A DNA stretch of 64,000 nucleotides. Source: a virus. Positions 59,774 to 64,000 of the stretch are shown one piece after another. Position 1 is the stretch's first letter, and every line of letters begins with the position of its first letter. Position numbers and translations under genes: made by a program. A model generated the notes under the pieces. It saw only the letters and a program-made list of their open reading frames with translations. It did not search any database and was not told where the DNA came from. The stretch covers positions 64,001 through 128,000 of the IMG/VR virus record IMGVR_UViG_3300047480_000598, one strand, 5' to 3'.

Positions 59774-59793
59774 TATACGTACAAAATCGTTTC

Positions 59794-59801
59794 AATAAAT
59801 A
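59794..59801 (+). promoter_or_regulatory. Late promoter AATAAATA
   Basis: Intergenic, upstream of gp6. Confidence 0.65.
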
Positions 59802-59820
59802 CACGTATTAGGGATTAAGT

Positions 59821-62800
59821 ATGAGTGTTACAGCTAGACAGAATAAAATTTTAGTTACAGAAGATTGGAAAAAAATATATCAATCTTTTAAAAATGCTGA
59901 TTTTCAAAGTTACGATTTTGAAAACTTACGCAGAACGATGATAGATTATCTTCGAACAAATTATCCTGAAGATTTCAATGATTACATCGAAAGTTCCGAA
60001 TATCTAGCACTTATCGATCTTATTGCGTTCCTTGGGCAAAGTATTGCATTTAGGGTAGATTTAAATGCTAGAGACAATTTCTTAGAGTTAGCAGAGCGAA
60101 GAGAAGCAATTTTAAGACTTGCAAGAACTATTAGCTATAATTCACGAAGAAATTCAGCAGCACAAGGATTATTAAAATTTTCAACCATTTCGACTACAGA
60201 AAGTGTTATTGATAGTAACGGTAGAAATTTAGCAGGACAATTTATTACCTGGAATGACTCGTCTAATGATAGCTGGTATGATCAGTTTATTAAGGTGATG
60301 AATGCAGCATTTCCTGCTACACAACAATTTGGAAAACCTTCAGATAAACGTGTAATATATTCAATCCCAACCGAGCAATACAGATTTCAAAGCATCAACG
60401 TGGGTGTGCCAATTTACGGATTTACTAAAACAGTATCCGGCCGCTCAATGAATTTTGAAATTACAAGCACTACATTTAAAGATCAAGATTTTATCTATGA
60501 GGAATCTCCTAGCTCCGGTAATACCCTGGCATGTGTGTATCGAGATGACGGAAGAGGTGCTGCAAGTCCTAGTTCTGGTTTCTTTTTAAATTTTGTTCAA
60601 GGTACATTAAATCAAGGTACATTTACTATTAATCAGCCGAGTACTAATGAGTCGGTAGACATCGATGCAATAAACATTAATAACACCGATGTCTGGTTAT
60701 ATAGATTAGATACTAGCGGGAACGAAGCCGAACAATGGACTTCAGTGTCTAATTTTGAAGCAAATAACATCATTTACAATAGTTTGAACAAAAATATTAG
60801 AAATATATTTTCAGTTATAACAAAAGCAGGTGACCGAGTTAGTTTGCAGTTTAGCGACGGATTATTCGGAAATTTACCTTTAGGTGATTTTAAAACTTAT
60901 TATCGAGTTAGCAACGGATTAGAATATACTATTAATCCTCAAGATATTCGATCAGTCGCATTAACGATTCCTTACACTTCAAATACCGGACAAGTAGAAA
61001 CATTAAGTATTACATTAAGTTTAACAAGCTCAATATCTAACGCATCGTCTACAGAAACAAATGCAAGTATTAAGGCAAATGCACCGGCAACTTATTATAC
61101 TCAAAACCGAATGATTACTGGCGAAGATTATAATATTAGTCCGTTATCAGTTAATTCTCAAGTTGTAAAAATTAAGTCTCTAAACAGAATTTCTAGCGGA
61201 ATTAGTAGATATTTTGACTTAGCCGATCCGACAGGAAAGTATAGTTCGGTGATGTTATTTGCTGACGACGGTGTTATCTACAGTGAAGAATACACATCAA
61301 AAATTAGATTTTCTTACAACTCAAAGACTGATATAGAAGGAATAATTTATAATCAAATATTTGAAATTCTAAGATCAGAAAGTTTAAAGAATTATTATTA
61401 CCTAAAGTTTAACAAGTATATCATTTTAAGTCTTACCGTTAAATGGAATAGACAAACGGAAGATTCAACCGCTTCGTCGGGGTCAATAATCGACGAAGCA
61501 GGTATAATTCGAAAAGTTGGATCATCATACACCGATAATGATTTAAAGTATTTTACTCCTGGTGCATTAGTAAAATTTGAATGTGCAACTGGGTTTTATT
61601 TTGATACTCTAAATAATAACATAATAAAACAAAATGCATCGAGCGAAATTATAGAAGGAGCAGTAACATCTCTGTGGGCAGAAGTAGTATCTGTGTACGA
61701 CGACGGAACCGCAACAGGGACTGGAGTATTATCTTCCGGGTATGGGCCTATAGTCCTTAATAAAAACATTCCGTCAAATGCGATTATTACTCAATTAATT
61801 CCAAAATGGAAAACAACAATTGATTCGTCTGTAATTACAACAATGGTTGATTTAATTTTTGCAAATAAACCTTTTGGTCTTAGGTACTCTGCAGAATTAC
61901 AAAATTGGAGAATAATTTTTGAATCAAATTTAAACTTGTATACTAACTTTAATTTAGGAAAACAAGGAGATTTAAGTAATACACAACAAGATTCTAGCTG
62001 GTTGATACTTTTTACAACAGATAACGAGTATTATACTGTTAGATCAAGAAACCAGAGATATATCTTCGAAAGTGATAATCAAATTCAATTTTACTGCGAC
62101 GAGTCGAACAAAATTTATGATAGTAAAACTAACTCGATAGTTAAAGATTTAATCAATGTACTGAGCATTAATACAGTACCGTCTTCGATTAATTCTTTTA
62201 CAATTGATCAAAAATGGGATGTAGTATCTAGTTATTATGGTATTGATGGTTACATAGATCCAAAGAAAATAGTAATATCATTTGCAGATTCAGACGATAA
62301 TGGCGTAGTAGATAATCCAGATTTATTTACAGATATTGTAACTCCGTATGTTGAAAAATTTGCAACAGGGGTTTTTGCAAGCAATGCTATCATTGTTGAT
62401 ACATCGGCGGGATTAGTAGTTGGGATGTCAGTATCTGGAACAGGCGTCGGAATAAATGCAAGAATTTTAGGTATTAGTACAATCGTAGTAGATAATGATG
62501 TAAAAACACAAGTAATATTGAGTAAAAATAATACAAGCAATGTTGATACTAAAGTGAAGTTTGAATTAATAACATATATCATTCAAGAAAAGTACAATAT
62601 TTCAGTAGGACAAGAAGATTATCGATATGTTTCGAACAATAATAAAGTAGTAATAATTGAAACAGATCCTGGAGTAAGTATCAATTCGATACCTTCGGAA
62701 TATAAAAATAACGGGCAACATTTTTATTTTGTTGATACAAAAGTAGTTAAAAAGATTAACGGAACATCGTTAGAACCTTCGTTAAATTATAAGGTATACG

Positions 62801-63501
62801 TTGGAAGAGATAATTTAAAATTCCAGTATGTACATAGTGCCGATTATGAATCGAGAATTGATCCTAGTGCAACGAATATTATTGATGTATACATATTAAC
62901 AAAAACTTATGATATACAATTTAGACAATATGTAGTAGGGTCGTTAACCGATAAACCATTACCTATGAGCACAGACGAATTATATAATTTAGTTTCGAAA
63001 GATTTAAATTTAATAAAATCAATATCGGACGAAATCGTATATCATCCAGTGTCTTATAAGATATTATTTGGAGCAATGGCTGATGAGAATTTACAAGCAG
63101 TATTTCAAATAGTAAAAAATCCTAATCAAGTAATTTCTGACAATGATATCAAATCTAGAGTGGTAACAGCAATAAATCAATTTTTTACACTTGAGAATTG
63201 GGACTTTGGAGATACATTTTACTTTACCGAATTATCGACTTATATCATGACACAATTGATACCGTACATAGCAAGTGTAGTAATTGTTCCGAGAAAAAGT
63301 GGTCTTACATTTGGTAATTTATTTGAAATAAAATCTGCAAGCGACGAGTTGTTCATTAGCGGAGCAACAGTTGATGATATCGAAATAGTTACAGGTCTTA
63401 CGCCAAGTTCTTTAAAAGCAATTCAAAGCGATGAATTAGGTTCAAGTGTGTTTTCTCAACAAAAAGTTTTAAGTTCAACATATGGAGTTTCAAATGGCTG
63501 A
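59821..63501 (+). CDS. gp6: Baseplate wedge protein gp6-like
   Basis: SYDFENLR, DFNDYIESS, FLELAERR, FSDGLFGNLP and QNRMITGEDY motifs. Confidence 0.88.
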   Translation: MSVTARQNKILVTEDWKKIYQSFKNADFQSYDFENLRRTMIDYLRTNYPEDFNDYIESSEYLALIDLIAFLGQSIAFRVDLNARDNFLELAERREAILRLARTISYNSRRNSAAQGLLKFSTISTTESVIDSNGRNLAGQFITWNDSSNDSWYDQFIKVMNAAFPATQQFGKPSDKRVIYSIPTEQYRFQSINVGVPIYGFTKTVSGRSMNFEITSTTFKDQDFIYEESPSSGNTLACVYRDDGRGAASPSSGFFLNFVQGTLNQGTFTINQPSTNESVDIDAININNTDVWLYRLDTSGNEAEQWTSVSNFEANNIIYNSLNKNIRNIFSVITKAGDRVSLQFSDGLFGNLPLGDFKTYYRVSNGLEYTINPQDIRSVALTIPYTSNTGQVETLSITLSLTSSISNASSTETNASIKANAPATYYTQNRMITGEDYNISPLSVNSQVVKIKSLNRISSGISRYFDLADPTGKYSSVMLFADDGVIYSEEYTSKIRFSYNSKTDIEGIIYNQIFEILRSESLKNYYYLKFNKYIILSLTVKWNRQTEDSTASSGSIIDEAGIIRKVGSSYTDNDLKYFTPGALVKFECATGFYFDTLNNNIIKQNASSEIIEGAVTSLWAEVVSVYDDGTATGTGVLSSGYGPIVLNKNIPSNAIITQLIPKWKTTIDSSVITTMVDLIFANKPFGLRYSAELQNWRIIFESNLNLYTNFNLGKQGDLSNTQQDSSWLILFTTDNEYYTVRSRNQRYIFESDNQIQFYCDESNKIYDSKTNSIVKDLINVLSINTVPSSINSFTIDQKWDVVSSYYGIDGYIDPKKIVISFADSDDNGVVDNPDLFTDIVTPYVEKFATGVFASNAIIVDTSAGLVVGMSVSGTGVGINARILGISTIVVDNDVKTQVILSKNNTSNVDTKVKFELITYIIQEKYNISVGQEDYRYVSNNNKVVIIETDPGVSINSIPSEYKNNGQHFYFVDTKVVKKINGTSLEPSLNYKVYVGRDNLKFQYVHSADYESRIDPSATNIIDVYILTKTYDIQFRQYVVGSLTDKPLPMSTDELYNLVSKDLNLIKSISDEIVYHPVSYKILFGAMADENLQAVFQIVKNPNQVISDNDIKSRVVTAINQFFTLENWDFGDTFYFTELSTYIMTQLIPYIASVVIVPRKSGLTFGNLFEIKSASDELFISGATVDDIEIVTGLTPSSLKAIQSDELGSSVFSQQKVLSSTYGVSNG

Positions 63502-64000
63502 TAGTAAGAATAATAAAAATGTTAAGAGTTCAAATTTCTTACCGAATTTTTATAAAACTGATCCAAATAAAAAGTTTTTACAAGCAACACTTGATCAGTT
63601 AATACAGCCAGGAACTGTTAAAAAAATTAATGGGTACATAGGTCGACAAAATGCTAAATCAACTAAGGTATCTGATATTTTTATTTCAGAAGCCACAAAA
63701 GATAGAGAACACTATCAATTAGAACCTAGTCTTGTAGTTAAAGATGATCTAGGAAATACTACATATTTTAAAGATTATTCTGATTATATAAATCAACTCG
63801 ATGTATTTGGTGGAAATGTAAAAAATCATAGCCGAATTAATTCTCAAGATTTTTATAGCTGGGATCCCCATATCGATTGGGACAAATTTGTTAATTTTCA
63901 AAATTATTATTGGTTACCTTACGGCCCTGAGATTATCAATATTTCCGGACAACAACAAAATATTGAAACAACATATGATGTAGTAATCGAAAAAGATCCA
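63494..64000 (+). CDS. 5' part of a large baseplate wedge protein (gp7-like), truncated by the window
   Basis: MADSKNNKNVKSSNFLPNFYKTDPNKKFLQATLDQL...DWDKFVNFQNYYWLP; open to the window end; overlaps the gp6 stop. Confidence 0.7.
   Translation, partial: MADSKNNKNVKSSNFLPNFYKTDPNKKFLQATLDQLIQPGTVKKINGYIGRQNAKSTKVSDIFISEATKDREHYQLEPSLVVKDDLGNTTYFKDYSDYINQLDVFGGNVKNHSRINSQDFYSWDPHIDWDKFVNFQNYYWLPYGPEIINISGQQQNIETTYDVVIEKDP

Noticed and set aside
2715-62582. Many 60-280-aa ORFs antisense to or nested in long genes (e.g. 45705..46541, 40334..40732, 33169..33546, 54148..54471)
   Set aside because: Shadow ORFs arising from codon bias of the real genes; no evident SD or recognisable motifs
1-64000. 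Stop-codon reassignment or tRNA genes
   Set aside because: Core genes are full length in the standard code, with TAA, TAG and TGA all used as stops; no cloverleaf was seen in the few intergenic gaps

Overview
AT-rich, densely coding 64-kb segment of a large T4-like myophage, probably aquatic, using the standard genetic code; the host cannot be identified from this window. Minus strand, right to left: a sigma70-type promoter drives a gp55-like late sigma factor, gp47/gp46 (Mre11/Rad50-like), a small basic protein and a stand-alone GIY-YIG nuclease. These are followed by a ~530-nt structured non-coding element. Next come a tape-measure-like gene and the head module (portal gp20, a frameshifted core gene, protease gp21, scaffold gp22, short MCP gp23). 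About 35 kb of paralogous giant fibre/virion genes (up to 4031 aa) and three His/Gly-rich adhesin paralogs follow, then a late-promoter operon with a flavin-dependent halogenase and a 2OG-Fe(II) oxygenase. Plus strand: a gp26-like gene with a probable -1 frameshift extension, and the baseplate module (tube initiator, gp53, hub, gp5, gp25, gp6, partial gp7-like). Main leads: (1) 12 alternating A/B helical repeats in the 4031-aa virion protein carrying the phycobiliprotein bilin-attachment motif C-x-R-D-x-G-Y; (2) the large structured RNA candidate directly 3' of a minimal GIY-YIG nuclease; (3) late halogenase/oxygenase genes next to His-rich fibres; (4) an unannotated -1 frameshift ORF; (5) a palindromic operator candidate at both divergent promoter junctions. 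All family calls come from motif recognition by eye, not database searches.
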